The position numbers and the translations under genes are program-made. Shown piece by piece: positions 28,820 through 39,163 of a stretch of DNA of 64,000 nucleotides. The DNA is from an uncultured virus (IMG/VR IMGVR_UViG_3300042446_002147) (lineage: Duplodnaviria > Heunggongvirae > Uroviricota > Caudoviricetes): the IMG/VR virus record IMGVR_UViG_3300042446_002147, positions 1-64,000 of that record; one strand, written 5' to 3'. Each line of letters opens with the position of its first letter. The first letter of the stretch is position 1. Below the pieces are notes generated by a model. That model worked only from the letters and a program-made list of their open reading frames with translations. It was not told the DNA's origin and did no database searches.

Positions 28820-29379
28820 AAAGGATCTTTACATTTAACCAATTTAATCTAGACGAAAGTTCTGCTGCAGGAAATATGGGACAGACATATTCAATACCGT
28901 TTGCTTATACATCTAACGATCCAAAAGATGGTTATAGTAGTAAAAGTTTTTGCGACGATTTAGAAGCTGTTTTTATAGAAAAACCAAATCTAAGAAAAGA
29001 AATTATTGAATTTTTATCATCCAACTTAGGGATATCAAAAATTGAAGAATTAGCAATAATGCCATTTATAAAAGTAGCTAAAGTCATACCTGAGATAGAA
29101 AGAATAATAGAAGCAGGTGAATATGAGCCAGAGACCACAATGCCTGGAGGCGGATTACTATTTATAAGAAATAAGATTTTTGCTAATGGCGGGGGAGCAG
29201 ATTTCTATATAAATAGAAAAGGCACTAAGGTGGAAGTTGTTACAGAGGACGAAATGGGTAACGAGAAGGTTCGAATATTTGATATAGAAAAATTCCCTTT
29301 CGATCGTTTTGAATTTACAGAAGAGGATAAAGAAGAACTTAATGCTTTAAAAAAAGCTAAAGGAGGATTCAGCTTTTAA
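28816..29379 (+). CDS. Hypothetical protein (putative head protein)
   Basis: MKRIFTFNQFNLDE N-terminus; ATGA overlap. Confidence 0.6.
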   Translation: MKRIFTFNQFNLDESSAAGNMGQTYSIPFAYTSNDPKDGYSSKSFCDDLEAVFIEKPNLRKEIIEFLSSNLGISKIEELAIMPFIKVAKVIPEIERIIEAGEYEPETTMPGGGLLFIRNKIFANGGGADFYINRKGTKVEVVTEDEMGNEKVRIFDIEKFPFDRFEFTEEDKEELNALKKAKGGFSF

Positions 29380-30082
29380 ACTTATTCATAATAAGATCTA
29401 TAGATTTTTCTTTCCCTAGCTCTGTTCCTATCTCTAAATCAATATCCTTAGATACATCAGCGACTAACACACAATCATATTGAGTGGAAAAGTCTTTTAT
29501 GTTTTCTTTTAGAAATTTTTTTATCTTAGCAATATCTTTTGTTGTGTTACATTGAGGATCTAATAATTCGGTCATTAATAAAGCTATATTCTCCTTACCC
29601 GCAACTTTAACTATGGAAAAGAACCAACTAAATATTCTCATGTGTTCTTCACCTTTTTTTCTTATAACTAAAAATCCCTGATCCCAAAGATTATATTTAG
29701 CACAATAGCTTTCGACATCAACTAATGAATTATATCTTTCATAAAATTCTCTGTTATCATTAAGAAACTCATTGATTACTTTTATTGAATTTTTTACAAT
29801 ATTCTCAATTTCTTCTATATCATCAAGATTTTTATCAAGCATATCATACATATGACTCCTTTCCTCATCTGTCATTTTAGACAAGGTCTTTTGTGTTAGC
29901 TCTGTTTTTTTATCAAAGCTCTCCAAATCTTTTTTTATTGCAATTAGATTCTTGAAATACTTCTCAAATCCTTGTGTTTTAAAGCTCTCTTTGACCCTCA
30001 TTAAATAAGCCATAAGAATATAATATCTATATTCTGTATCTATTGGGGATTCTATAAACCAATAAGGCTTTAATTCTTTCAT
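29369..30082 (-). CDS. Hypothetical protein
   Basis: 237-aa ORF with no recognised motif. Confidence 0.65.
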   Translation of the reverse strand: MKELKPYWFIESPIDTEYRYYILMAYLMRVKESFKTQGFEKYFKNLIAIKKDLESFDKKTELTQKTLSKMTDEERSHMYDMLDKNLDDIEEIENIVKNSIKVINEFLNDNREFYERYNSLVDVESYCAKYNLWDQGFLVIRKKGEEHMRIFSWFFSIVKVAGKENIALLMTELLDPQCNTTKDIAKIKKFLKENIKDFSTQYDCVLVADVSKDIDLEIGTELGKEKSIDLIMNKFKS

Positions 30083-30237
30083 GTAATCTTGTTAATACAT
30101 TATATTATATATTAAATCAGGGAAAATTATTCATGAATTGAAAATATATCTGAAATATTGAAACTATTCTGTGGAACCCGTCTAAAATTTTTATCTTTAA
30201 AATCCCAGGCTATGAATACTTTATATATGATAATCTT

Positions 30238-30858
30238 ATGAGTCCCCAATTTTTAGTAATAGCTTATTATACTGAGAGCACACAATATGAAGTCCTAGCT
30301 GGTAATCTTGAGAAGACTTTACAAAACTTTAGTATTCCTTTTTATATAGAAGATATAGAGGATTTAGGTTCTTGGGAAAAGAATACACATTACAAAGCAC
30401 ATTTTATTAAGAAATGTTTAAATGACAGAAATCAGGATCTTTTATATGTAGATGTTGATGCACTCTTTAAACAATACCCAAGTCTTATACCAGATCTCAC
30501 ATGTGATATAGCATATAGAACGCAAGACTTCAGATGGAGAGCAGACGAAGCCCTATCAGGAACTATCTTTCTAAAGAATAATGACAAGGTTAAGAGATTT
30601 GTTGATCGATGGATCCAACTAAATGAAGCCACACCCGCAGAAAGAATGAAACCTGAAACATGGGAGCAAAAAAATATGCAAAGAGCTCATCGAGAAATGA
30701 CCGAGATCGATTATTTCAATCTACCACCAGAATACACATTCATATTTGATCACATGAAAACAATGTATCCAGGAACATCTCCAGTAATAGAGCATTATCA
30801 AGAGTCAAGAAATGTTCATAGAAATACGAATCAAAATCGTAATTTCAGGATAAGATAA
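30238..30858 (+). CDS. Nucleotide-diphospho-sugar transferase (GT-A)
   Basis: YKAHFI...LLYVDVDA...SGTIF...WEQ...LPPEY...IEHYQ. Confidence 0.75.
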   Translation: MSPQFLVIAYYTESTQYEVLAGNLEKTLQNFSIPFYIEDIEDLGSWEKNTHYKAHFIKKCLNDRNQDLLYVDVDALFKQYPSLIPDLTCDIAYRTQDFRWRADEALSGTIFLKNNDKVKRFVDRWIQLNEATPAERMKPETWEQKNMQRAHREMTEIDYFNLPPEYTFIFDHMKTMYPGTSPVIEHYQESRNVHRNTNQNRNFRIR

Positions 30859-30860
30859 GC

Positions 30861-31595
30861 ATGGAATTAAAATATGCTGTAGTCAGCTCCGATTCAAATC
30901 CTGAATATCTTGATTTTTGGCCTTACGTAGCTAAAGCATGGAAAAGAATAGGTATAGAACCAGTACTACTTTATATTGATAAACAAACTCCACCAGAGAG
31001 CGTACATGAACATGGAAAGGTAATATATCTTGAATCAATATCTGAATGGAGTATAGCTCAACAAGCACAATGTATAAGATTTTGGGCAGCTAAGATATTA
31101 GATGCTCCTTTTATAATATCAGATATTGATATGCTTCCTATTTCTGAAGAATATTATAAAAATGGTGTGGCTTCCATTGGAGATAAAGGTATAGTTTCTT
31201 ACAGCTCTGATATTATTAAATATAGATGGTATGTAACTAATCCACAATACCCTATGTGTTATCTTGCAGGAGACACACAAAGCTTTATTGATCTATTAGA
31301 AATGAATGATAATTCTCATCAGAATTTTTTAAGAAGATTAATGAAAATGAATATAAGATTTGGTACAGATCAGAAGTTCTTTTATAATCAATCTGTTAAA
31401 AATAAACACATATCTATTAAGCATTTAGAAAGAGGATGGATAGAAGAGAAATATGCTAGAGGAAGATTGGATAAAGTGATCTGGCCAAAAACAGACTATA
31501 ATGCAGATGAATATATAGATTGTCATTTACCAAGACCGTTATCCTCAAATATTGGGATTTGTAAAGAATTATTTAATAAAATTAGAATAGATTAA
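30861..31595 (+). CDS. Putative GT-A glycosyltransferase
   Basis: IISDIDMLP DxD motif, GTDQ, IDCH. Confidence 0.6.
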   Translation: MELKYAVVSSDSNPEYLDFWPYVAKAWKRIGIEPVLLYIDKQTPPESVHEHGKVIYLESISEWSIAQQAQCIRFWAAKILDAPFIISDIDMLPISEEYYKNGVASIGDKGIVSYSSDIIKYRWYVTNPQYPMCYLAGDTQSFIDLLEMNDNSHQNFLRRLMKMNIRFGTDQKFFYNQSVKNKHISIKHLERGWIEEKYARGRLDKVIWPKTDYNADEYIDCHLPRPLSSNIGICKELFNKIRID

Positions 31596-32405
31596 ATGAA
31601 ATTATCAATAATACTTCCCACAGGTGGAAATGACCATCTAAGAAATAGAAATTTTAACGAGTGTCTTACTTGTATTAAAAATCAGACTTTTGTTGATTAT
31701 GAAGTTATTGTGGTGGAGCAATCATTAGATAATAATTTTTACAAACAAAGTAATCCAATTATTTCTTATAAACACATAGGAATTAAAGATCCACATGATA
31801 GAGGATTTAATCTTAGCTGGTGTAGAAATGTAGGAGCAAGAGAAGCACAAGGTGATATTATAGTCCTGATGGATTCTGATTTTGTTTTTGAAAATAATTA
31901 TTTCACTATCATTAGTGAATTTAATGGAGAATTTGCTGCTGGAGCGGAAACATATTATTGGTGTAATACTGAAGATCCCACTACCGATTGGATAAGAACA
32001 AAAGACTTTAATGTTTTTAAAAAAAGAGGTGGTGGCCCTAGAGACCCTGTATTTCAATTTAGATCTATGTCTAGAGGATGTGGGTACGGAGCTATACTAG
32101 TTTATAATAAAGAATGGTTCTGGAATACTATGGGAGGATACAACGAAAACTTCTTTAGATATGGCTGGGAAGATAAAGCAACAACGGAAATGATTAAATC
32201 ATTGCTTGATAGGGATGATGAGAGTATGTTAAGAATTCCTTCAGAAGCAGCACATCTTAATCATAGATCTAAAGATGTTAGGAATATGAATATAAATGAA
32301 GCACTTTTTAATAAATTTACTAGAATGGATCAATTAGAGCTTTCAAAAACAATAAAAGAATCATTTGTTGGCAAAAGATCAGAGCCTACTTTATTAAATA
32401 TTTAA
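31596..32405 (+). CDS. GT2/GT7-like glycosyltransferase
   Basis: LSIILP, IVVEQ, FNLSWCRNVGA, MDSD, GGYNENFFRYGWED. Confidence 0.8.
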   Translation: MKLSIILPTGGNDHLRNRNFNECLTCIKNQTFVDYEVIVVEQSLDNNFYKQSNPIISYKHIGIKDPHDRGFNLSWCRNVGAREAQGDIIVLMDSDFVFENNYFTIISEFNGEFAAGAETYYWCNTEDPTTDWIRTKDFNVFKKRGGGPRDPVFQFRSMSRGCGYGAILVYNKEWFWNTMGGYNENFFRYGWEDKATTEMIKSLLDRDDESMLRIPSEAAHLNHRSKDVRNMNINEALFNKFTRMDQLELSKTIKESFVGKRSEPTLLNI

Positions 32406-32408
32406 TTC

Positions 32409-33581
32409 ATGAAAAAACCAGAAAGAGATATATCTGAGGAAAGAAGAGGAAGAAGAATATTAAACAGATTCATTCACGGAAATAAAAATACTGATATTAA
32501 TAAAGAAATAAAAGAAATTATAAAAGCGGAAGTTATAACAAATAAACACCCTATAATAGAATTATACGAAAAAAATAATCTAGATTATATAATGGAAAAA
32601 AATAATACTGATATAGCTAAATATTGGGAACATCTTAATATAATAAACGGAAATAATATTGACAATTCTCTTCCATTTTTTATAAATATCTCCGCAATTA
32701 ATTATAATGATTTAAGCAATTTAGCAGAAGAAAAAAATAAAGAGCTTTTTAAATGCTTTGATGGATTAACTGTAGATAAGTGCATTGATGAGTATGATTT
32801 GGTTACTATAATTCCTTTCAGAGGGAGATACATGCATTTAGAAAAAACATTAGAAACATTATTAGCTTCTTCTAATAATTCTTCAAATAAAATAGGTTTT
32901 ATTATTATAGAAAACTCTAATGAATCTATATTTAATTGTGATAAATTTAATAATCCAGATATACATTACAGATGGATTAATTCATCGGGTAATATATTTA
33001 ATAAATGCTTTTGCCATAATATAGGATCATTAATAAGTAACACCAAATATTTACATTTTCATGACTGCGATTTATTAGTACCTAGTAATTTCTACGATGA
33101 GGTTTTTAATAAAATAGAATTGAATGATGTAGTACAGTGTTTTTATAATAGAAGAGTTAATTATCTGAATGAAATTCCCTCGATTGATTATTTTAACGGG
33201 GAAGATATAGAATCTATAATTGTTAATAAACAATCATATAAAGAAGGTGGATACGGAGCACCAGGAGGATCTATTGCAATATCAAAGGATCTTTTTGAAA
33301 AATGTGGGGGATTTGATCCTCATTTTTTCTGGGGATATTCTATAGAGGATGCTTTTTTCTGGAATAAAGTTGAAAGATTTAAAACCATAATAACATTAGA
33401 TGATCCTAAGATAGAATTATATCACTTATGGCATCATCCTGCATGGGGAAAAAATCCTATGCAAGGTGTAGAGAAAAGAATACACGATTCATTTATAAGC
33501 AATAATCATAATTGGTTAGATTATGTAAATAAATCTAAAGAACTTTATAATAGAATTAAAAATACTTTTATAAATGAATAA
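32409..33581 (+). CDS. GT7 (galactosyltransferase-like) glycosyltransferase
   Basis: IIPFRGR, FNKCFCHNIG, FHDCDL, GGFDPHFFWGYSIED, YHLWH. Confidence 0.8.
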   Translation: MKKPERDISEERRGRRILNRFIHGNKNTDINKEIKEIIKAEVITNKHPIIELYEKNNLDYIMEKNNTDIAKYWEHLNIINGNNIDNSLPFFINISAINYNDLSNLAEEKNKELFKCFDGLTVDKCIDEYDLVTIIPFRGRYMHLEKTLETLLASSNNSSNKIGFIIIENSNESIFNCDKFNNPDIHYRWINSSGNIFNKCFCHNIGSLISNTKYLHFHDCDLLVPSNFYDEVFNKIELNDVVQCFYNRRVNYLNEIPSIDYFNGEDIESIIVNKQSYKEGGYGAPGGSIAISKDLFEKCGGFDPHFFWGYSIEDAFFWNKVERFKTIITLDDPKIELYHLWHHPAWGKNPMQGVEKRIHDSFISNNHNWLDYVNKSKELYNRIKNTFINE

Positions 33582-34491
33582 AAAAATATTAATAACAGGA
33601 GGTACATCACATTTAGCTGAAAGTCTAAAAAAATATTTGCCTAATGCTTCTTATATAGAAGGAAGATCTGAATTAGATCTAACTGATTATCAATCAACAT
33701 TAGAATACTTTAAAAATGAATCTCCGTATTGGGTTTTACATTTAGCATCTAAAGTTGGTGGTATTAAAAGTAACATGGAAAATCCTTTTGAGTATTTCTA
33801 TGACAATCTATTAATTAATACTAATGTTTTTAGAGCATGTAAAGAATTAGAAATAGAAAGATTAACTTCTATATTATCAACATGTGTATATCCAGCAGAT
33901 AATGTTGAATATCCTATTGTAGAGAATAATATTATTTTAGGCGATCCAGAAAAAACAAATAGAGGTTATGCTCAATCTAAAAGAATATTAGCGGAACTCA
34001 CTGATCTTTATAATCAGAAATACGGAAAAAATTACAATTATATTATTCCTTGTAATCTTTTTGGTATGGAAGAATCGTATGATCCTAATAAAACACATTT
34101 TCTTACATCATTGATTTATAAATCTGCTAAAGCATTATCCAATGGCGATAAAGAACTTGAAATGTTTGGTAGCGGTAAAGTTCTAAGACAATTTGTAACG
34201 TATGACGATTTTGCAAGAATGCTAGCTTATTGTGTTGATAACGAAGTCTCTGAATCTTTTAATTTTTCTCCTGATTATAATTTATCATTAATTGAATATG
34301 GAAGTATTATAGAGAATATCACAGATAAAAAAATTAAGGTTACATTCAACGGTAATGGACCTGACGGGGTATACAGAAAAGATGCGGATAATTCAAGAAT
34401 GAAAAAAATAGCACCGGATTTTGAATTTAGTGTACTAAGAGAAAGTATAAAAGAAGTATTAGATTTTTATTTAGCAAATGATAGCATTTAG
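33574..34491 (+). CDS. GDP-L-fucose/GDP-L-colitose synthase (Fcl/ColC-like epimerase-reductase)
   Basis: HLASKVGGI, STCVYP, GYAQSKR, PCNLFG, HF, GSGKVLRQF, PDGVYRK. Confidence 0.85.
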   Translation: MNKKILITGGTSHLAESLKKYLPNASYIEGRSELDLTDYQSTLEYFKNESPYWVLHLASKVGGIKSNMENPFEYFYDNLLINTNVFRACKELEIERLTSILSTCVYPADNVEYPIVENNIILGDPEKTNRGYAQSKRILAELTDLYNQKYGKNYNYIIPCNLFGMEESYDPNKTHFLTSLIYKSAKALSNGDKELEMFGSGKVLRQFVTYDDFARMLAYCVDNEVSESFNFSPDYNLSLIEYGSIIENITDKKIKVTFNGNGPDGVYRKDADNSRMKKIAPDFEFSVLRESIKEVLDFYLANDSI

Positions 34492-35218
34492 TCACTTAGG
34501 AAAATATGGTAAATTGGGCAATCAGCTTTTTCAAATTGCTGTTGTTTATTCACATTGTATTAGAAACGGTAAAGAATTTATTTTTCCTGAGTGGAAATAT
34601 AATTCCTATTTAAAAACTCCAATTAGAACAGGATCAATACCACCAGGACTAATTTTACACAGAGAAAAAGATCCTTTTTCTTTCACCCCTATTCCTAATA
34701 TAGATAACATTGATCTCATTGGATATTTTCAGAACGAGAATTATTTTAATGGACAGGAGGACACAATAAGAGATCTTTTAGAACCAGCAGATTTTGTAAA
34801 ATCTAAAATAGAAGAAATAAATTTAGAAGGTATAACTGCTATACATGTAAGAAGAGGAGATTATCTAAACTTCCCTTTACACCATCCTATACCTCCTATG
34901 GATTATTATAATAGAGCAATAGAAAATTTAAAAGATAGGACTAGTAACTTTATGATTTTTTCTGATGATATCGAATGGTGTAAAGAAAACTTCTCTTCTG
35001 ATTTTTTATTCTCTGAAGAGAAAGACGAGTTCATAGACCTTTATAAAATGTCTAGATGCGCTAATTTTATAATTGCAAATTCTAGTTTTTCATGGTGGGC
35101 TTCATTCTTAAATAAATCAGATGATAAAATAATATATGCTCCGGAAAATTGGGTAGGACGAGGATACTTAGGTACTAGCTGGAGACAAGTTTACAGAAAA
35201 GAAATGAAAATAATATAA
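34478..35218 (+). CDS. GT11 alpha-1,2-fucosyl/colitosyltransferase
   Basis: GKLGNQLFQ, GYFQ, IHVRRGDY, FSDDIEWC, IANSSFSWW. Confidence 0.9.
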   Translation: MIAFSHLGKYGKLGNQLFQIAVVYSHCIRNGKEFIFPEWKYNSYLKTPIRTGSIPPGLILHREKDPFSFTPIPNIDNIDLIGYFQNENYFNGQEDTIRDLLEPADFVKSKIEEINLEGITAIHVRRGDYLNFPLHHPIPPMDYYNRAIENLKDRTSNFMIFSDDIEWCKENFSSDFLFSEEKDEFIDLYKMSRCANFIIANSSFSWWASFLNKSDDKIIYAPENWVGRGYLGTSWRQVYRKEMKII

Positions 35219-35222
35219 TATA

Positions 35223-36086
35223 GTGGAAAAAGAAACGATAGGTATTATAGGACAAGGATTTGTCGGATCTGCTGTTAGAGAAGGAATGGAAAAATATTTT
35301 GATGTTATATGCTTTGATAAGGATCCTAATAAATTTAGCAATTCCGTATCTGTATTTAATGTTATAGAGAATAGTGTATTATGCTTTTTGTGTGTACCAA
35401 CTCCTATGAAAAAATCAGGAGAATGTGATTTAAGTATAGTTAAGAAAGCACTTAATGAAATTTATGAGTGTACTACATCTTTAAATAAAAACCAATATAT
35501 AGTAGTGATAAAATCCACTATACCTCCAGGAACTACTAGTAAATTAAATTTAGAATTTCCAAATATTTCTATTGTTTTTAATCCTGAATTTTTAACTGAA
35601 GCTAATTCTGTTAATGATTACTTAGAACAAAACCGAATAATTATAGGAGGAGATAGACCAGCATCATCAAAAGTTAAGATGATTTTTACTAAGGCATTTC
35701 CTCGTGTACCTATAATTAAAACTAGCTCTACTATTGCAGAGACTATTAAGTATGTAACTAATACATTTTTAGCAATGAAGGTTTCTTATGCTAATGAAGT
35801 TTATCAGATATGTCAGGAATTAAATATAGATTATGATAAAGTTATAGAATACTCAAGATATGATGATAGACTGGGAAATTCACATTGGTCGGTGCCTGGT
35901 CCTGATGGAGATTTTGGCTTTGGAGGACATTGCTTCCCTAAAGACTTAGCTGCTTTTGAATTTATTGCAAAAGAAATGTGTATAGATACAATAATGTTAA
36001 CTGCTGCATTAGATAAAAATAAAAAAGTAAGAAAAAACCTAGATTGGGTTAAACAAGTAGGAAGAGCAGTATCGTTAGAAGAATAA
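35223..36086 (+). CDS. UDP-glucose/GDP-mannose dehydrogenase family protein (short form)
   Basis: GQGFVG, CVPTP, KSTIPPG, NPEFL, GFGGHCFPKD; lacks the usual C-terminal domain. Confidence 0.85.
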   Translation: MEKETIGIIGQGFVGSAVREGMEKYFDVICFDKDPNKFSNSVSVFNVIENSVLCFLCVPTPMKKSGECDLSIVKKALNEIYECTTSLNKNQYIVVIKSTIPPGTTSKLNLEFPNISIVFNPEFLTEANSVNDYLEQNRIIIGGDRPASSKVKMIFTKAFPRVPIIKTSSTIAETIKYVTNTFLAMKVSYANEVYQICQELNIDYDKVIEYSRYDDRLGNSHWSVPGPDGDFGFGGHCFPKDLAAFEFIAKEMCIDTIMLTAALDKNKKVRKNLDWVKQVGRAVSLEE

Positions 36087-36087
36087 T

Positions 36088-36705
36088 ATGAAAATACCAG
36101 GAATAGATAATATTTATTGCATAAATCTAGAAAGAAGACCTGATAGAAGGAATGAAGCTATAGAAGAATTTAAAAGATTCAATCTAGACTTCGAATTTTT
36201 TAATGGCGTTGACGGTCATGAATTAAATGTACCTGCTAAAATAAAACCAGGACACGTAGGATGTGTTATGTCACATCTTAACCTTTATAGATATCTTAAA
36301 GAACAAGAAGGTGAAATATTTATGATAACGGAGGATGATGTTGTCTTTAATGAAAATTTCATATATAGCTATTTAGATGTAGTAAGACACGTTCCTTCTG
36401 ATTGGCATCTTTTATATTTAGGTGGTAACCATAACGGAATGCCATTAAACATAATAGCACCAAATATTCATAGGTTACAAAAAACTTTTACAACTCATTG
36501 TTATTTGGTTAAAAAGACACATCTAGATGTTCTTATTAATGAATTTGATACAGTTAACATCTTTAATAGTGAGGTTGATGTTCATTTATCTCGAATACAA
36601 TTAAAAGTACCTTGTTACGGATTTACTCCATCTCTAGCATGGCAAAGAGACGGATTTTCTGATATAGAAATGAAAAACGTTGAATATAATTTTTTAAAGA
36701 AATAA
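36088..36705 (+). CDS. GT25 glycosyltransferase
   Basis: YCINLERRPDRR, GCVMSH, TEDD, THCY. Confidence 0.85.
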   Translation: MKIPGIDNIYCINLERRPDRRNEAIEEFKRFNLDFEFFNGVDGHELNVPAKIKPGHVGCVMSHLNLYRYLKEQEGEIFMITEDDVVFNENFIYSYLDVVRHVPSDWHLLYLGGNHNGMPLNIIAPNIHRLQKTFTTHCYLVKKTHLDVLINEFDTVNIFNSEVDVHLSRIQLKVPCYGFTPSLAWQRDGFSDIEMKNVEYNFLKK

Positions 36706-36706
36706 A

Positions 36707-37645
36707 ATGGAAAATACATTTATCTTTACTGAAGCTTTTAATTGTGGAAAGATCCTAGCGGTTTGTTTAGAATCTTTTCATAGACACCACGATTTAAAAC
36801 TGAACATAATAGGTACATCTAGAGATTTTAAAGAAGCAGGCGATATTATAAATCATCCTAATAATGTACTAATTAATTGGGATTCACATAGCTCTGCAAA
36901 GGAGAAATGGTCAATTGGACATCAAGGAACTGCACTTGCTTTTGCAACTGCTATGAAAGGAAATATACATTCTGATAAATTTGTAATACATCTCGACTCC
37001 GATTGTTATTTTAATGGCGAATGTATTTCTGATATAGTTTCTATGCTAAATAATGGATATGATATAATAGGATCTCCTAGGCCTTATAAGAATAATCTAA
37101 GTGGTATAAAAGGATTAGAAAGAACACCAGACTGTGTGTCTACTTATTTAATGGGTGTAAATACTCATAAGATACCTAATTATGATTTTGAAATATTTAC
37201 CCGAATGTGTGGGGGATGGGCTTCTCCTACAGGACATAGATCTTTAGATTTCTTTGATCCTGTTACCCATGCAATAATAACAAACGGAGGAAGAATAGGA
37301 TTTCTAGACACATACAAATATGGTGGTATAGATTTAGATGGATCTAAGAATAATGGATTTGAATCGAATCTTAATTTTGACTGTGGATCACATATTGCTC
37401 ATTTTGGGGGGGTAGGATCAGGTAAAGCAGTTGCTGATAATTTATCTGAGCCACCAAAAGGATATGCTGATTGGGCTTATTACAGATGGAATTTTTTCTC
37501 GCATATATTCTTTAACACTGAAGCTTTAGAAAGCCCAGTAGCAGTATATTCATCACCCTCAGATCATCAAGGTAAAAGATGGTGTAACGGTGCAGCAGAT
37601 TCTTCTATAATAAATAACGCAAAAAAAGAACTTAATTTAAACTAA
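36707..37645 (+). CDS. Putative GT-A glycosyltransferase
   Basis: VIHLDSDCYF DxD motif, HFGGVGS, cluster context. Confidence 0.55.
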   Translation: MENTFIFTEAFNCGKILAVCLESFHRHHDLKLNIIGTSRDFKEAGDIINHPNNVLINWDSHSSAKEKWSIGHQGTALAFATAMKGNIHSDKFVIHLDSDCYFNGECISDIVSMLNNGYDIIGSPRPYKNNLSGIKGLERTPDCVSTYLMGVNTHKIPNYDFEIFTRMCGGWASPTGHRSLDFFDPVTHAIITNGGRIGFLDTYKYGGIDLDGSKNNGFESNLNFDCGSHIAHFGGVGSGKAVADNLSEPPKGYADWAYYRWNFFSHIFFNTEALESPVAVYSSPSDHQGKRWCNGAADSSIINNAKKELNLN

Positions 37646-37646
37646 A

Positions 37647-38450
37647 ATGATAAAGCCAATAGTACAAGAAATATTATTAAAAGGATGGAGTGTGGATCCT
37701 TTTACTTATTTTGGAAGCTACCATAAAAGAGTAGCTATAGAAATAGATCCTTCCCGTGATCCACATTGGATAAATGATGAGTCTTTATTTAAAGTAGCAG
37801 TTCAAGTTGAGCCTCCGTCTGTAACTAATAAAGCAGTAGAACAGTATCTTGATGTGGAGGGAAATAAATTCGATCTTATTCTTACATATTATTCTTCTAT
37901 TCTTAAATCGAATAAGAAAGCTAAACTTTTTTATTTTGGCGACTCTTGGATAAAGGAGAAAAGCGAATCTATAGATAAAACAAGAAACGTTTCCTTTGTA
38001 ACATCTAACAAGAATTTTACTCCTGGACATGCTGTAAGAATGGAGGTAGTTGATTCTCTTCACTTAGGATTAGCTAGATTTGATTTGTATGGTAGGGGAT
38101 TTAATCCTATAGAAAAAAAAGAGGAAGGACTTAATGATTATAAATTCTCTATAGTAATTGAGAATGAGTTTATGGAAAATTGGTTTACTGAAAAAATAGT
38201 CGATTGCTTTAGAACTAAAACAATACCGATCTATAAAGGATGTCCTAATATTAAAGATTTCTATAATGAGAAAGGAATAATAAAATTTGATACTACGGAA
38301 GAACTTTACTCAATATTAAATGATGTAAATTTTAATAGTACTTCAATTTATGATTCAATGAAAGAATCTATGGATGATAATTATAATAGATCATGGGCAG
38401 ATCCTGCATTTAACGAAAGAGTAGAGATAGAAATAAAAAAATATCTATGA
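37647..38450 (+). CDS. GT10-like (alpha-1,3-fucosyltransferase-type) glycosyltransferase
   Basis: DLYGRG, YKFSIVIEN...FTEKIVDCF...IPIYKG. Confidence 0.8.
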   Translation: MIKPIVQEILLKGWSVDPFTYFGSYHKRVAIEIDPSRDPHWINDESLFKVAVQVEPPSVTNKAVEQYLDVEGNKFDLILTYYSSILKSNKKAKLFYFGDSWIKEKSESIDKTRNVSFVTSNKNFTPGHAVRMEVVDSLHLGLARFDLYGRGFNPIEKKEEGLNDYKFSIVIENEFMENWFTEKIVDCFRTKTIPIYKGCPNIKDFYNEKGIIKFDTTEELYSILNDVNFNSTSIYDSMKESMDDNYNRSWADPAFNERVEIEIKKYL

Positions 38451-39163
38451 ATATAGATTTTTTAAATAGAACAATATTAGTAACAGGTGGTACTAAAGGA
38501 ATAGGATACCACGTAGCTAAAAATTTAAATTCTTGTGGAGCCAATGTTATTGTAACGGGTACAAAGGATACTAATATAGACTATGGTAAATTCTTAAAAG
38601 CTGATTTTTCAACTAGGGAGGGAATATACAAATTTATTGAAATTATAGAAGAAATACCTATAATAGATGGATGTTTTAATTGCGCGGGTATAAATAAAAT
38701 ATCATGCTTGGAAGATATAGACATAGAAGACTTTGATTCGATTATGAATGTAAACCTATATGCTCCGTTTCTTATATCTAAACATCTAATCCCAAAAATG
38801 AAAAAGAATAATTATGGTAGGATTGTAAACGTTTCTTCTATATGGGGATCGATAACAAAAAAAGGAAGGACCTCCTATTCTGTTTCAAAAAATGGAATAA
38901 TAGGTCTTACTAGAAGTTTAGCTGTAGAGGGAGCCAATAATAACGTGATAGTAAACTCGATATCTCCTGGATTTACTGAAACTGAATTAACTAGAAAATC
39001 TTTATCTGATTCAGATATCTTAGATCTTGAAAAAACAATACCAATGGGTAGAATGGCAACACCTAATGAGATATCTAATGTTTCGTTATTTCTTCTATCA
39101 GAATGTAATTCGTATATGACTGGGCAAAATATTATAGTAGATGGAGGATTCTCAATTGTATAA
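38447..39163 (+). CDS. Classical short-chain dehydrogenase/reductase
   Basis: TGGTKGIG, NCAGI, YSVSK, SPGFTET, TGQNIIVDGG. Confidence 0.9.
   Translation: MNIDFLNRTILVTGGTKGIGYHVAKNLNSCGANVIVTGTKDTNIDYGKFLKADFSTREGIYKFIEIIEEIPIIDGCFNCAGINKISCLEDIDIEDFDSIMNVNLYAPFLISKHLIPKMKKNNYGRIVNVSSIWGSITKKGRTSYSVSKNGIIGLTRSLAVEGANNNVIVNSISPGFTETELTRKSLSDSDILDLEKTIPMGRMATPNEISNVSLFLLSECNSYMTGQNIIVDGGFSIV

Noticed and set aside
35223..36086. UDP-glucose dehydrogenase as a truncated pseudogene
   Set aside because: The catalytic GGHCFPKD motif is intact and the gene is tightly packed between neighbours with no remnant of the missing domain; more likely a naturally short form.
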